A DNA stretch of 64,000 nt from Yuukianura sp. NJ FZ-2021 (lineage: Eukaryota). Positions 11,107 through 25,500 of this stretch are shown here, piece after piece; positions within the stretch are counted from its first letter, which is position 1; each line of letters starts with the position of its first letter. The DNA is taken from contig CM102286.1 in NCBI GenBank assembly GCA_046563655.1, positions 3,906,001 to 3,970,000 on the forward strand, given 5' to 3'. The notes below the pieces were generated by a model. That model made no database searches and was not told where the DNA came from. It saw nothing but the letters and a program-made list of their open reading frames with translations. Position numbers and translations under genes: made by a program.

Positions 11107-13547
11107 TTTTACAACAAAAAAAGGTATTCGGGCTTCGGGCAGAACTGAAGCTAAATTTTGTATTTGGTGGATCTAATATAGCATCAGTGGCTGACTCACC
11201 TGTCAGACGATAATCATCTCCCGTGGTCATTTCTGGCCCAATTCACACCTCTTAGCTTGAAGCACCATCAGATCAAGTGCTATTTTAGAACAGCATAAAC
11301 ACGCATGTACCTCACAGATTTTCTCCTTGTCCCCTTGTAGCGAATGCTTTCAGGATTTTCTGGAATGAGAAGATTTGTTTGGCTCATTTGCTTTGTATTT
11401 TTTTTTTTTTTGCAATTTTTAGTCAGTCTGTCACTGGCTTTGTATAAACCTTCATTCATCAACTCAGGATCCAAGAGGGAAAATTGTTATAAAGAATGAT
11501 AGCTTGCATGGACGGACAGCGTGACCTGGTATGGCGTGACCATATCGAGGTGTAAGATAATTTTGAAGATTAGTCTTTCAAAATTACCTCGAGTACTCTT
11601 TGAGTCTTGCAACGATTTAATTGAAACAATGTACAACAGGCTATAAATTCTAAAACAATTTCAAGCTATCTGTTTTTATAATTTTTTAACTCAAGTATTG
11701 TTTTGAACAACGCCTTCAGCTTTGCCCCTAGTTTACACACGCTTTTTGAACGAGAGTCATTTTTGTTACACACGTTTGCTTGTACTAACTAAACCTGAAT
11801 TAGCAAAGTTCTAAATAAATCAGAACCCATATTGTAATGTTGAATAAGCATTTATAACAGAAAGCATGCGTGGACTAAAATGCAAGTCATGTAAGTCATG
11901 ATAAATATACAAAACAGTTGTTAAACTGTGAATACAAACTGTACACAATAGTAGTGTTGACGTAGCCTAATTTTCAAAATTTTTGTACGATCTGACATCC
12001 AAAAAGTGAAAAACGCTTTGCCAAGTGAAATTTGACCATTTTGTTCAATTATGTGTTTGAAAAGAACAGAATCTGACACCGCGGGTCAAAAAGTCGAGGC
12101 ATGATAAAGATTTTTTAGCTAGCCTTATATTTTTTGTCGAAATTTTTGTTAACGCAGGAATTTTCTGGAACAAACTTGCTAATGATTTGAAAATTTCATT
12201 CAACGTTTATTGAGCAAACGGGAACAAAAGTTGTCGAACTTACTAAACGTATTTTCAAAACGCGTCATGAATTTCCTACAGGACAAAAGGGCTCCAAAAT
12301 TCAAAGAAGATGAAACCACGGACAAAATTTGGTTTCGACCGTTGCTCACTCTTTGCATTTGCCTTGTGTTGTGATGATGAGTGACTCTGTGTCTGTATTA
12401 AAGGAAAATGAGAATGGATGGGATGATGAGGGAGTTGAAAATCTAATTTCCTGGTTTAGAGCATCATCAGCATCATCACGCTGAAAAAGTCAAGAGAAAA
12501 GGAGGACAATGGAAGTTTAACTTTACAAATTGAATCTGTCATCTTCTTCAATTAAATTACACGCCGTGCTAGGCATCAACAATCAAATCAAAGGTTGAAT
12601 TTATGAACTCCAAAATTGAAAAAACTCCAAATTTGTCTTATAAAAACCCATCTCGCTTTTTAATAATTTACTGAAAAACTTCATTTTTAAAGCGTCATAA
12701 TCTCAAGTTACAAAATCACAATTTTATTAATTTCAAATATTCAATTTACTTTTATCACTAAAAGTAAAATTCACTCCCAACTTTTAAATTTTTGACACCA
12801 TCATTTTCACTTTGCTTCCACAAAATTTCAAGCGAAAGATTTGGTTAACAGATTTGTTCCCTCTTTGTTATATTACGCTTACAGTGGAATTGCGTAAAAC
12901 ATCGAAATTCGGTTTTACTGACGTAAACGTTCCAGAAAAAACTCTGAGATTGAGCACGGTTGAATGTTAGAGGCCATAAGATCTACAGGCGAGTATTCCG
13001 GGACCAATTTTGGGCATGGAATATTTAGGTTCCCTTCACTTTCACCTGTTGGAGCTTCGCTTTCACCTGAGCCACAAGTCACCCAAACTGCCTCAGCATA
13101 CAGCATAGGTCCTATGTTACTCTCCTGTTCAGGCTAGTGACGGAGGCAGTTCATTTTCAGAGCTGAACCTGAACGGAAGGGCATCAAAGTGCTTCGGAGT
13201 GACTCACACCTTCGTTCCTCAGGCAAGAGAATCAGTTTGGGCAAAAATCTGGACTTGCAACTTTTTGATCTTCACTTGAATGAAGTGAAAATGGGTCAAT
13301 TGGATGAAGGATCCAAACGAGGTGTGAAGTTCCACTTGCAAAATTCCACGTAAGAAGTGTATCAAAGTAGACCTGAAGCAACAGTAATACAATGTGGCCC
13401 ATTCAGTTCTATTTGTCTTGTCAAAGTTCTTGGAAGTGGAACGAATTGGTTAGGAAGAAGGTGTCAATGGTTCCTCTGAGTTTGCCGTTACTTCAAAGTT
13501 GACTGTGCATGTCTGCTGCGTCAAATTTTGTGTAACGCAGGAAGAAT

Positions 13548-16500
13548 ATGCGTAAGGGTGCTGCGAGTAATGAAAGTACTCCGAGACGTGCGCTTCTGCC
13601 GGACCAAAGTGCTACGGTCAGTGAAAACAACAGTCCGGCAAAAGTGACAGTCACGTTTCAAGAACCGCCAGAGCAGACGCACAGGCGCAGATGGATGGTA
13701 AATGAAGCTTTACAAATCAAAAGTTTAGTTTAATAACAAAGAAAGTAATTTGGAAACTTTGAGTTTTCAAGAAATACTTTTGGTTTTTGTTGTTATACAG
13801 ACAGGATGGCGGTTTCTAGACCGTGGAAGAACAAACGCACATATTACATACCACGTGACGAGGTCAAGGGAAACTACCCACAGAACACCAAGCGAACATG
13901 TAGCGGGAGATGCAAATCGGGTAATATTTTTGTAACACAATTTTTGTTGCTGATCTTGTTTTCACAACTAAAATTTCGTAAGAGAATTAAGCTTTGACTA
14001 TACTGCGTTGCACAAACTGTGTGTTAATGAGAGTTTCCAAGAAAATTTCATAAGCAAAATCTTCTTTAATTGGAGATTTTCGAAAAAGCGGATTGAGAAA
14101 TTCGCAAATTTGAGAAGTCACATAAAATAGGCGGCAACGACTATTTCGTAGTTTCTAAAGGAAAATCCTTTGACACAGGGTTAAATTTCATGTGGCATTT
14201 ACTAGAAATGTCGAAATTTCAGATTGTTCGAACGGAGCCGTTGGCTCGTCTAATGATTTCCAGCCTTTTGTCAACAAACGAGATTGTGTTTCAGGGAAGA
14301 GACGTGTGTGTTCTGAAAAGTCTCCGGAAAGTAGCAAAGGCACTTGAGACTTTTTGTTTGCAGACTTTCCAGACGTGACAAGGAAGAAGTTGACAGCAGT
14401 TATTGGGCCGACGGGATCTAAATTCACGATTTGGAATGCTAGAACTTTTCTGAAAAGTCTGTTTTGTGTGGAAATTGTGCAGTACCATTTTGGTTTCACA
14501 AAGTTTATGCAGATTTAATATTTGGCAATCTAAATCCAACGCAAACTTGCCGCTGCAATTATTGTTCCCTGAAGAATGCTTGTGAGCATTTGATTGTTTT
14601 TGTTATATGGTGTAGTTGCATTTAGAGCTTTATCGACATTTTAGAGGCAATAAAATGGCTCATTTACGACACAAACTCTCAAGTAAACTCGTTTCACGCG
14701 AAAATATAGTTACACTTTTCACCCAAAAACAAAATGTAACGACTTGGACTTTCTGATTACATAAAATTATGAACTTCGAAGACCGTTTTTTATAAACGTC
14801 AGCAAGTATTAATAAACGAGAGAGAAAATTTTTGCTGAAAATTTGTTAAAAAGTGAAGCAAGTAACTTTATTGAGTTTGACTTTTCAACTTTTTTTTAAA
14901 GTAAAAGTTTTAAGGAGTTTGAAAACGTGTTATGAAATCAAATTACACCGAGACGAGTCAATTCAAAGTTAGATGTTGATTTTTGAAATGTACAAAACTA
15001 ATGGAGGGTTATGTACAGTGCTGTCTGCTGTTTTCGAACAATGTTTTACCTCTACTATATTTTTGTTTTCAATTACAAAGTAAGATTAGTAGAAGTAGCG
15101 CTACGTTTGTTAACGCGCATGAACAAAGATATTTCCGTTTTGGTAAATTTTTTAAGAATTTTTGGAAGAAATATCGTTCTGCTCAGCATTCAAAAAACAT
15201 TCACACCTCCTTCGTTTTATAAGGAAACCGTTTTAGTTATTCGCGTTAAATTTTTCCTGAAGAAATCAATCATTACGAAGTGTGCGAAAATGTCAGTCAC
15301 TGCGAAGCAGAAATATTGCCAAATATTCAATAAATTTTTTCTGCCGAGTCAAGCCAAAGTTGGAAAGGCGTCCATCCAAAACTGTCAGAAATAAGGCGGT
15401 TACTTTTGATTTACCGAAAAAGTCAGTGACCCACTTTCTTACTCTGCGAGGAAAAAGTTTTAAAAGAATTTTGTTTTCTTCCCACAAAGATTTCAATCCA
15501 CTTGAAATGTTTTGTTTCTGTTTGGCAGGAACTGTACAATCGATACATGCTGAAGATCCGATCAGGGAACGTGAGAGGACTGCATGGAGTGCTCCTGATT
15601 AGTTTACTCGTTCTCGTGTCAACGGAAGGCCAAGGATGGAACTGGAGGTTTGCGCCGTACATTTGCCTAGCATCTTTCTACATGTGCGGTGTCTTGGTAT
15701 GACATCAAACAAAATCACTTTACTTTTCACCTAAAACTAAAACCAACATGAAAGTTCGAATTTTGATTCGTTCGCGTCAAAAATTCGAATTGAAAAACCC
15801 AAAATGTCACAAGTCATTGCACATTAGCTTTTGGTGGGGTAGAAAACGTTTTTACGATTTTTATTGGCTTGGCAAATGCTTTTTGGATAAAAGGAGGAAA
15901 AAACTGAATTGGCTTTCTCTTTTTACCATTCACTTTTGTTTTTCAATACTTCAAGCTCAGAAAAGCGGTTCCATGCCATTGTGTCAATTGAATTGTATCA
16001 ACTGCCATTGCATCAACTGAATTGTGTCAATTTGAATTGCATCAACGCTCAATTGTGTCAACGGCTACTTGTATCAACCAACGTAACCTAACCTAACTTA
16101 AGCTAAATTAAGCATTACAATCGTTGACACAATTAGTCGTTGATACAATTGACCAGTTGATACAATTCTAGTTGACACAATTCAGTTGATGCAATGGTAG
16201 TTGATACAATTCAATTGATACAATGGCGTGCTACCCAGAAAAGCGGATTAGCATTCGACACGCGGTAAAATGCCACTCAACACAGAAAATTCAAAACTTT
16301 GAGAATCATGTTTTGTGACAACTTTTTTTCCTTTGTTTTCTGTTGAATTTTATTTTCAAAAAAACTTAAAATTAGTGTAGAACTTGGTCAAAAACGGCAG
16401 GAAAACATGGGCGAGAAACAAAACGGGGCAGATGTAGCGTATTACAAGTACCTCTTAACTCGTTTTCAATTGCCTTGAGTGCAGAAGGGCGTGAGGAGGT

Positions 16501-19500
16501 TGAAGATGTCCTTCGTGGGACTAGAACCGGGTATAGAAAACATAAGATCAGTTTCTGAACAAGAGGGCAATCCGATTAGATTCTGGTGAAAGCTCAAAGG
16601 AAAGTGAAGGAAGACGGCTATTACCCCCTCAACCCCCACGTAGTTGTTTCCTCAACTGTGGGATATGCTCCCCCCTCTTCTGCCCTAAGGCTTCTCAACT
16701 CTTATTTCTCCAGATTGATCAATATCTTCACAATTTTAGAACAGGAAAAACTCTCAGATTTTTTACTTTGGAGAGATAGCTTTTCCTGTAACTTGTTCCT
16801 TGAAACGACGGAAACTTAAACCTCCCTCAAGGGAACTTTAGAACTTGAAGCAAAAGCAGAATCTAGCGCAATCTATTATCATATTGTTGTTTATTTTAAG
16901 TTTTTTTTTCTCAAGCAGGAGAAAAGAAAGCGATGGGAAATAAGGAATATCCTGTTTATCAAGAAATTTCAAATATCGTTTGTCTTTGTCTACTCCCGTT
17001 CTTGTAATAGGACACGTTCTCCTGTAAAAGGATTTTGAATCCGCCTAAAGACTATGGCGCAGTTCCCTATTGCAAAAATTGGACGTTTTATAAACCTTAT
17101 TTTCAAAAAAGTATTAGAGTAAAACGAATATCCCTCTTAAAAGTTTTGTTTGAACACTTTTTTGGAAACGTTTTACTTTCTCGGAAATTTAACAATGGCG
17201 CTGACAGAAGCAAAACGACTTAAAGCTCCAAACATTTAAAGAAAACTTTTCTAACTTTTAAGCTGATTGCGTATTTTTCGGGCATGAGCAAACGTGATTG
17301 CCATACCTTTTTACAACATGAGTAAGAAGTGAGAGAAAGTAAATTTACAGAAACTTGCAGAAAATTTCAGAAAAATTTAATCTGTAGTAAAATTGTAATC
17401 GTAAAAATGGTGTACTGTCATTGTTTTGTGCACGACTCTCGTTGGTGAAAGCACGTCAGCGGTAACATCGAAGAAAGTCTTTTGTTTTTTCGGTTGAGAA
17501 CACACGAATTTTGAAAAGTATTGTTTAACTAGTTGACCATTTTGAGTGATATAAAATTCAGTGCTGAATGGTTCTAAATAACACAAAACCGGTGGATAAT
17601 TATTATTCTTATAAATTGACAGCTTTCCATTGACAAGGTGCTGCCTATTGATTTCCGAATGTTTGAATAAGTTTCCATTTCGTTTAATTTTAGTTTGGCT
17701 AGTTTCAGGTTATTGGCTTTTCGAATTTATCATTATTTTGACAAGTCGAGCTATAGCTCCAATCTCTTGTTTCTCCTAAAACGGAATTCTTGTTAGAAAG
17801 ATTTGAGTCCTTGGACACTGACAGATCATGTTTCATCTTACCGAAGTCTCAGTTCCACTATTTAGGCCAGACATGATCATCATCATTACCTCTACGGATC
17901 AATCACAAGAATCTAATTCTGGAAAAGCAGAGGTAGACAAAGACTAAAAGGAACTTATTAAAACCTGCTCTCTCAAAGTCTGCGGAAGTCTGCTGGAGAA
18001 AGGTGTGAAAATGAAAGTGGAAGTGAAAAGTTAGTGTGAATTTTGAAACATCGGGAAAGTGCTTTCCTAGACTCAGGTTTAATTTGTTTTCCCAAATCCG
18101 AATTTGGAAACAAAAGCTCCTGGTCGGATCCAATTAATTACATAGTAACCAAACCTCTTTCCATAGTCTGCCTATGGTTTCGAAAGTCTAGAAGCTTACA
18201 ACCTCCGTCTTTGACTTGGTTCAAAGCAGAGAAGATGAAAAGATGAGCATTTTGGTTTCATCTTTGGCTGTCATTATTTTCTGTTCTGTGTTTCCTAGGT
18301 TCCGCCAAAGACGCCTCAACACTTGACAAATTCAATACTCATCACTCTGGCTACGTTTTGTGCATTAGTGATATTAGAAACGTTGGAGACAAGTCGACTT
18401 GGCTTATTTATGACAACTTTCTTGGTCTACATGGGATTCAGCCTACTCCCACTCGAAGTAAGGTCATTTATCCTTGTTAAACTTACAGTGTGGCAGTTGA
18501 CCTTTACGACAACTTCTTAAGTAAACTACAGAGCAAACTCTAGAAAACCTCAAAAGCAAACTGTTCTGGGTCTAACTTTGTTAGAAATCTAAATTCGGCA
18601 AGGAAATTCAAACAAAGCTAAAAGACAATCCAATCCAAGTTTTCCAGTAATAAGCAAAAGCTGCTTCGATTTTAAATTTTGTTAGGATAAAAAATTTTAC
18701 TCTATTTGGATTTTTTTGTACCTGATAAGACGAAGATTTTTTTTTCATTTTTGTCAGTTTTCTGAATTTCCGGTTTTGCGTTTTTGGAAAAAATATTTTG
18801 TAGAATGCTACTGAGAAAGATATTTTCCATTTTTCCAGGTACCGCAAGCACTGGTTTCAACTGTAGTTTTGATCTTGATTCATCTTGTGGCTTCATTCTT
18901 CGTCCGAGAGGTAAAGAAAAAGTTGTTCAAGGTGGCGGGAAAGTTTGAATTTCCTGCAAACTTGATAGCACACTTAACAATGCCCTGTCAGTTTCAGTTG
19001 CTGAAGACTTTTGGTTCAGTTCTCTTAAGTTGAGAAACCGCATTGGAAAAAAAGTTTCAACTACTAAAAACAAAAAATCAGTAGCCGTCTGTGTTCCGAA
19101 CAGGAAACATTTTTTCCTTTCCCTTTGTGCAATATTAAAATTTCAAATTGGTTTCTCAAGTATAATGCTTTCTTCTTCAGTCAAACTTGATTTAATGGAA
19201 TACCTAATTTTATCAAACCTACGTTTTTCATAGAAATTCCTCAGGTGAGTTTGATCTAATTTAATGCTTTCCTGCTTGAGGAAATCGAGTTAGAGTGATG
19301 ATACATTTTACATTAGAGAAACGGAAGTTAGTTACACTTTCCGCCTAGTGTGTTCTTTATTCAAAAATTTTCTATTCCTTAAGATTTACCAAGGTTAATT
19401 TGAAAGTAAACTAAAAAGATAAAAGAGATTCCAGGTCAGCGACCACTTTGGCTCGTTTTTTGTGTGGGCGGGAGATTCTGACATTTTTTGGAGAAATTTT

Positions 19501-22500
19501 GTAGAATTTTTATCTTGTTCTTAGAAACATTTTAGTCTTTCATAAAAATCCATTTCAAAATTTAAAAAAAGGGAAAGTAAGAGAAAGTTTTTTTTTTTTT
19601 ACTTTTAAGCTGTCTGTACCCGTCTGCCTGGTTTTGCCGCTCACATCGATTTCCGGTCTCCTCACGCTCCATCCTCGAGAAATTCGAAACCGCTCTGCGT
19701 TTGCTGAAACCCGGAATTGTGTAATGGCCAGACTCGAAGTACAAAATCAAAATCAACAACAGGTAAGAAGATGGAGTTGTATGTTTAGCCTTACGGCAAC
19801 TACTAGTAAAGAAAAAGAATAAAGCCTGTCAAAACCTAGCCTAACAAAACCTAACCTTTCCCTCCAATCCCAATTTCTTGTGGACAACGAACGAACGAGA
19901 GGACAATAGAATAAGATCTAATCATATTTCTTTCTCATCTTCTTCAATTGTGAAACCTTTCGCTCTCTTTTTTGTGTGTCCGATTTGTCTGTGTAGGAGA
20001 GACTCCTTCTTTCCGTTCTCCCACGCCATGTTGCAATGGAGATGAAGGCAGACATTCAAGGAAAACGTAGAGAAGAAATGTTCCATAAAATCTATATTCA
20101 ACGGCATGAGAATGTGAGGTAAGAAGAAAGTATTTTTGAGGTTTCTTCGAATGTCTGAAGCCTTTAGCTTTCCTTTTTTCCTGTTGTTTGCCAACCGAAG
20201 TGCTTTCTGTTCTACTAAAAGAAAGTTATTAATTTCCTATTTCTTCTTTACATTTCTTGGTCGTATGGATTTGGGGTGGATTCCAAAGTATTCTGTTTGC
20301 GGATATCTGTGGATTTACAGCCCTCTCGGACCAGTGCTCTGCTCAGGAATTGGTGAAGTTACTCAACCTACTTTTTGCCAGGTATTCATTTATTACTTTC
20401 ACTACAGATACTTTCTACACCACTTCAAATTGAATCCAATCAAGGGATTCAATCAGACCTAAAGCCTGTGTCTTACATGTTTGGAATTCCGGTACTGAAG
20501 GTATTACAACCAAAAGGTCAACAGCATTTCGAGATACAAAGTATCAGGAAAATAAATTTTATCGAAGTTAGTTTTTTTGATGAATTCTCACAATTCAATT
20601 TTTCAAAATGTACTCAAGCCATTTGACGCAACAAAGACATCGTCAAAGAATTTTGCCTTTAGAGTATTACTCGAAACTTTCAGCGAGTGGAAGTTAAGAA
20701 TCTTTTTTCTTACAAGAAAAAGAAGTAAAACTTTGTGTGGTAAAAGAAGCTACTTTCTATCACACTTGAACAACAAAATTTTTGGAACAAAATGGTTTGA
20801 AAAATTTCTTTTGCTGACTTTCACTTTTTGCTATTAAGAAACGTGTTTTAACAAAAGCACAATGTCGGCTTTGAAAAGGGTTTCAAAAATTTCGAAGGAA
20901 AACAAACATTTTGTTTACTGTTTAAAAAGATTTGATTCAAATATTTTACTGTTTTAAATATTTTTTAACTTTCTTGTCGATCATATGTACTGTATGCACA
21001 TTCGTACGCCAAGCCTAGGCAGATTTAGCGAGTTTATACACTGACATTACTTTAGCTTACCCATGGCTGCTCCAAATGGAAGTAGACAATGAGGGTAATT
21101 TGAACAAAGTTTAGTTTTAGACAAACGTATTACGATGGCTTAACAAAGATTTATAAGCAACGGGAGGAAGGCTTGAAAAATGGTAACTTTCAAAAAGATT
21201 TTTTTTTAAAAACGCTGGAGGGAACGTCATGAAAGTTTTAAATTTGAAACACTCTTGAGACTTTACTCCACAAAAACCAGCCTTTTTTTTTTTTAGTTTC
21301 ACTAAAAAGAAACAAGGTTTGTGTTTTTCTTTTGATAAAAAATAAATCAAAGCAGAAGAGTGGTGAGCTCCAGATTTTGCATTGTACAGACACATTTCAA
21401 AAATTCAACTCAAGTTTCACAAAATATGTCACCCTTTTGCTCAAAAACTGATTCGTTGTTTTAAGGTTTACGTGTGCCAAATTTCAAAATTCTAAAATTA
21501 GCAATTCCAACAGAACGCACAAGTTTCATCAACTTTTTTTTTCAAAAAGGAATTCAATTATTTTCTAATTAAGGTTTAGACTCAAAAGAGCTGAAACTTT
21601 TCCATTGACTGATTTCTAAGAAAGTCACGGAATTCTTGCAGATTAAGAACAGCTTTTTTTTCTGTCAAAAAATGTGGTTGATTTGAATTGAACTGGAAAG
21701 CAGATTGAATTTTTGAACAAGAAAGGATCTGATTTGACATTTTTCTGCTCATCCTGTCTTGTTTGATGGAGCACAAAATTTGAGACGGCGGAGGTTTCAT
21801 TAGAGAAGACCGATGACTTTGTATGTCTAACCCGATTAAGGTTTTGGAGACTTTTTGAAAATGCGCGCTCTTCCAGCCGTACGAGCGACTTAAGTTTAGT
21901 ATACATCAGAGCCAAGGAAACGCGAGTGCCTCCAAGATTTGAGATTCCATTTACCCAGTGACAAAGGCGTAGGTTAGGTTATGTAAGGTTAGAGTATTCA
22001 AAAGAATAAAGTATAATGTAGTTTCACTACCTTATTAGCATTGAATAAGGATGTTCCTTCGAGAACCAAGACTTGATGTGGCGTTGGATCCCGGATTGAC
22101 GAAACCATGGTTCCCTCTGGAATTGGGATTAAATGGAGCAGAAGATAACAAAGAGAAAGTTCTCCGCACTTTCAACTGCGGCTAAAAACCTCATGCATAT
22201 GCAGTCACACATTAATTCCTAATAATAAGAAACTTCAGATTCAGACACAATTTGTTACAGGACGGATCACCGACGGCTTTCCCGCCAAAATTGCTCCCAC
22301 GGGCCTTGTCATTTGTAAAATTCTTCTTCGAAATTGGTGCTTTAAATTGACTGACATGTAAAAACAAAAGGAACATGGCGGAAAAATGTTTACGGATTTT
22401 ATTAGCCAGAACTGTTGCAAGTAGACGGCAAAATTTAGATGTGAAGCTTCCACGACGAATAACCTTCCTTCGAAATTCTCAACTGCGTCGAAATCGCCTT

Positions 22501-25500
22501 GTTTAGATTTTATTATTGCTGCAAATCTTGGTATTTGTAGCCTCATCTGCATTGGAAATACGGCTGTGATTTTATTTTTTCAAAATAATTAGGAATTTAT
22601 GTTTAAAATAATTTGGCGGAACTTGAGGAAGTTTAGGCCTTACTGCAACCGCTCTCCGGGAAGCAAACCACAAAGTTTAGGTTTTAAAGCCACAAGAAAT
22701 ACATTTTATGTCTAAGGTCATTCCTCTTGAAACTGTCAAAGAACCAACAGTTTCTCCACTTCCTTTCTCCCGCTCACTTTCACTTTTTCCAGACTTGCAA
22801 TTTATCTCTCTAGTGAATTTTCCAAACTGTAGGTATAACAAATTCTAGAATTTCAACTTCTAAGGTTCGCGAAGTTTTTGCCTCACCAGGAAAAGATTGC
22901 AATGTGTGTGGAGCGGAAGGAACGATCAACAGGTCTTTCCAATTTACGTCAGTTCACACTGACACATGAAAGTTAGTAAGGATGCTCTTTCCTTTGCTGT
23001 ATAATTTAATAGCATGCATACTAGAGCTGATGATACTAAACTTCTGGAATAGTTTTCAGGAAGTAGACGAATCTGCAGAAAGTAGAATCTGAAACGACGG
23101 ATGGATTTGGAAGCAAATAGGCAGCCAGGAGGCAAACAGAAAGTGAAAGTGGCAGGAAATGGAGAGAGACGGAGATGAAAAGTTTAAAAGTTGTGACAAA
23201 TTTTAATAAGTGTAATGGAAAAGTTTTATTTTCGGCGAGAAAGCAGCAGTAGTCCAAAGTCGATTAATTGCCAGGGGACTATTTGGATTGGCATTTCCTC
23301 CTTTGCTTTCGCTTACTTACATAGTGTAGGCATCAGGGCGGACGCGGAAGCGCCAACTTTCAAATAACTTGGAGACTCCACAAAGTTTATACAGCCGCGT
23401 GGGAACCCTATCTGATTTCGCGGACTTTTGCACTATGTAGGCTACGTGCCCTACGACATAACTTCCTGTCCGGGGACTTTGACATGACAAGCAAAAAAAA
23501 AAAACATTACTTTCGGAACACCCTGTACATTTTCTCTTCCAATCAGAGTGAAAGCTTTAAGTGTTCTGGTAATGAGAGCACTTGCTAAATGAAGGAAAAA
23601 AGTCGAAGAAACAGCAATCATAAAAGTTTTTAAACACAAAAACCTATAGCTTGCCGTTTTTTTTCGAATTTAAGTAATTGTGCCGCAGTTCCTAATGGAT
23701 GTTTATCAGATTGTTATTTGATATTAAAAAAGTTGTGTGGAAACTATTTTCCAAGTTTCTAAGAATTTAATTTACTTCCTACTTCAAAGACAACTTCAAA
23801 AAGTTTCCGAAAAAAGATGTTTCCTCTTATGTTTTTAATATTTAACTTTTGAGAAACAGCGCGTCCGTAGCAATTACTTTTAAATTGGTACGCGGTGGAA
23901 ATATTAGAGACTCTGCATCATTATTAAAGAAAAACAAAAGTTTTCAGTTACGTTTTCACTTTTGTTTTCAGTTACTTTACGCTTGCAAAGTCGCAAAGGA
24001 AAATCCTTTGTTTCGTTGGTTGTAGATAATAATAATAATAATTTTCCTTTCATGTAACTTTGGCAGACGAGTCATTGCTTTCCCCAATTCTCTTTGTAGT
24101 TTTGATCTGATGGTAATGAAAATCTAGGACTTCGGCTTTACCGCAGGCAGGAGTGCTTTTCATTTTATTTTGGCACATGCACAAAGGGATTTTGGTCAAA
24201 TTGGCATCAGTCCAATATCACACAGTCATAATTTCCAAAACTAAAAGTTCAAGTGTGGAATAACCTCAATTTCTGACACTGCTAATCAAAGTGTCAAATT
24301 ACTAATTTGTGACGAGGCTATATTAAAAATGCTTCAAAATTTCGACCTTCTATGTTTGTGGTTTAGATTTGATAATTTGGCAACCACGAGACATTGCCTC
24401 CGAATCAAACTGTTGGGCGACTGCTATTATGCCGTGAGCGGTTTACCGGAGACAAGAGCGGATCATGCCGACTGTTGCGTTGAAATGGGTCTTGACATGA
24501 TAGATGCCATCAAGTAAAAAGCTTTATGCAGATCATTTCCAAATTAAAATCATGTCTACTTAACCCAATTTATTTCCTGTCACTCAGAACTGTCCGGGAG
24601 TCGACCAATGTGAACGTGAACATGCGCGTAGGAATTCACTCCGGGAGAGTTTTGTGTGGTGTTCTGGGCCTGCGCAAGTGGCAGTTTGATGTCTGGTCCA
24701 ACGATGTTACCTTGGCTAACCACATGGAGTCTGGTGGTGTCCCAGGGTAAGCACAAAAATGCCAACTTTTGGAAAGTTGATGCTTATTTTTAACTTTGAA
24801 CATCCAATTTTTGCTCTTTTTAAAAAATTTTCATAATTTTGAAAACACTAGTCGAGTACATATTACAAAGGAGACTCTGGGTTACCTCCAAGGAACTTAC
24901 CAAGTGGAGCCTGGCAACGGACAGGAACGAGATTCGTTTCTGCGTGACCATAACATTGAAACGTACTTCATAATTGGGCCGGAAAGTGGGCAAAGGAGTG
25001 TCCACGACTCCCTTGGTCTCGCAGACACAATCAAAGATGAAGCTGTATCTAAGGAAATGCGTCTCATGGGACATGACAAGTAAAAAACGCGATGAATCAA
25101 TTTATTTTGTTATGGTGTATGGGGGGATATCACCAGCAAAAAGGTTTGAAAAAATCTACAACCAAAATTTTTTATAGGTCGACTTTATGTTTTGTGGCAA
25201 CTGAAAAGTCGTTGCAAAATAAGCAAAGCCATTGCAAAAAAAAACTACGTAGAAAAAAATTTTCGTTGCAAATTTTTTCAAATTTTATTTGCTACTGATC
25301 TCCCCCCATAATGGTGTAGTAAATTTCTACCAACATTTTTTACACAGTGCACTACCGCAGCGCCAAATTCAAAATACGGCGGAAGAAGTGAACGACTACC
25401 TCTCCAGAGCCATTGATGCTCGAAGTGTTCAACACTTACGTGATGAAAACTGTCATAAAATACTCTTAACATTTAAGGACCCAAAGTTAGAGAAACTTGT

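Noticed and set aside
10988..11474. ORFs upstream of Mipp as extra coding exons
   Set aside because: The ATG at 11106 already gives a signal peptide, and the upstream ORFs show no similarity to Mipp or in-frame splice link.
20400..24360. Nested genes in the large adenylate cyclase introns
   Set aside because: Short ORFs rich in F/K/L reflect AT bias; no motifs or coherent splice models.
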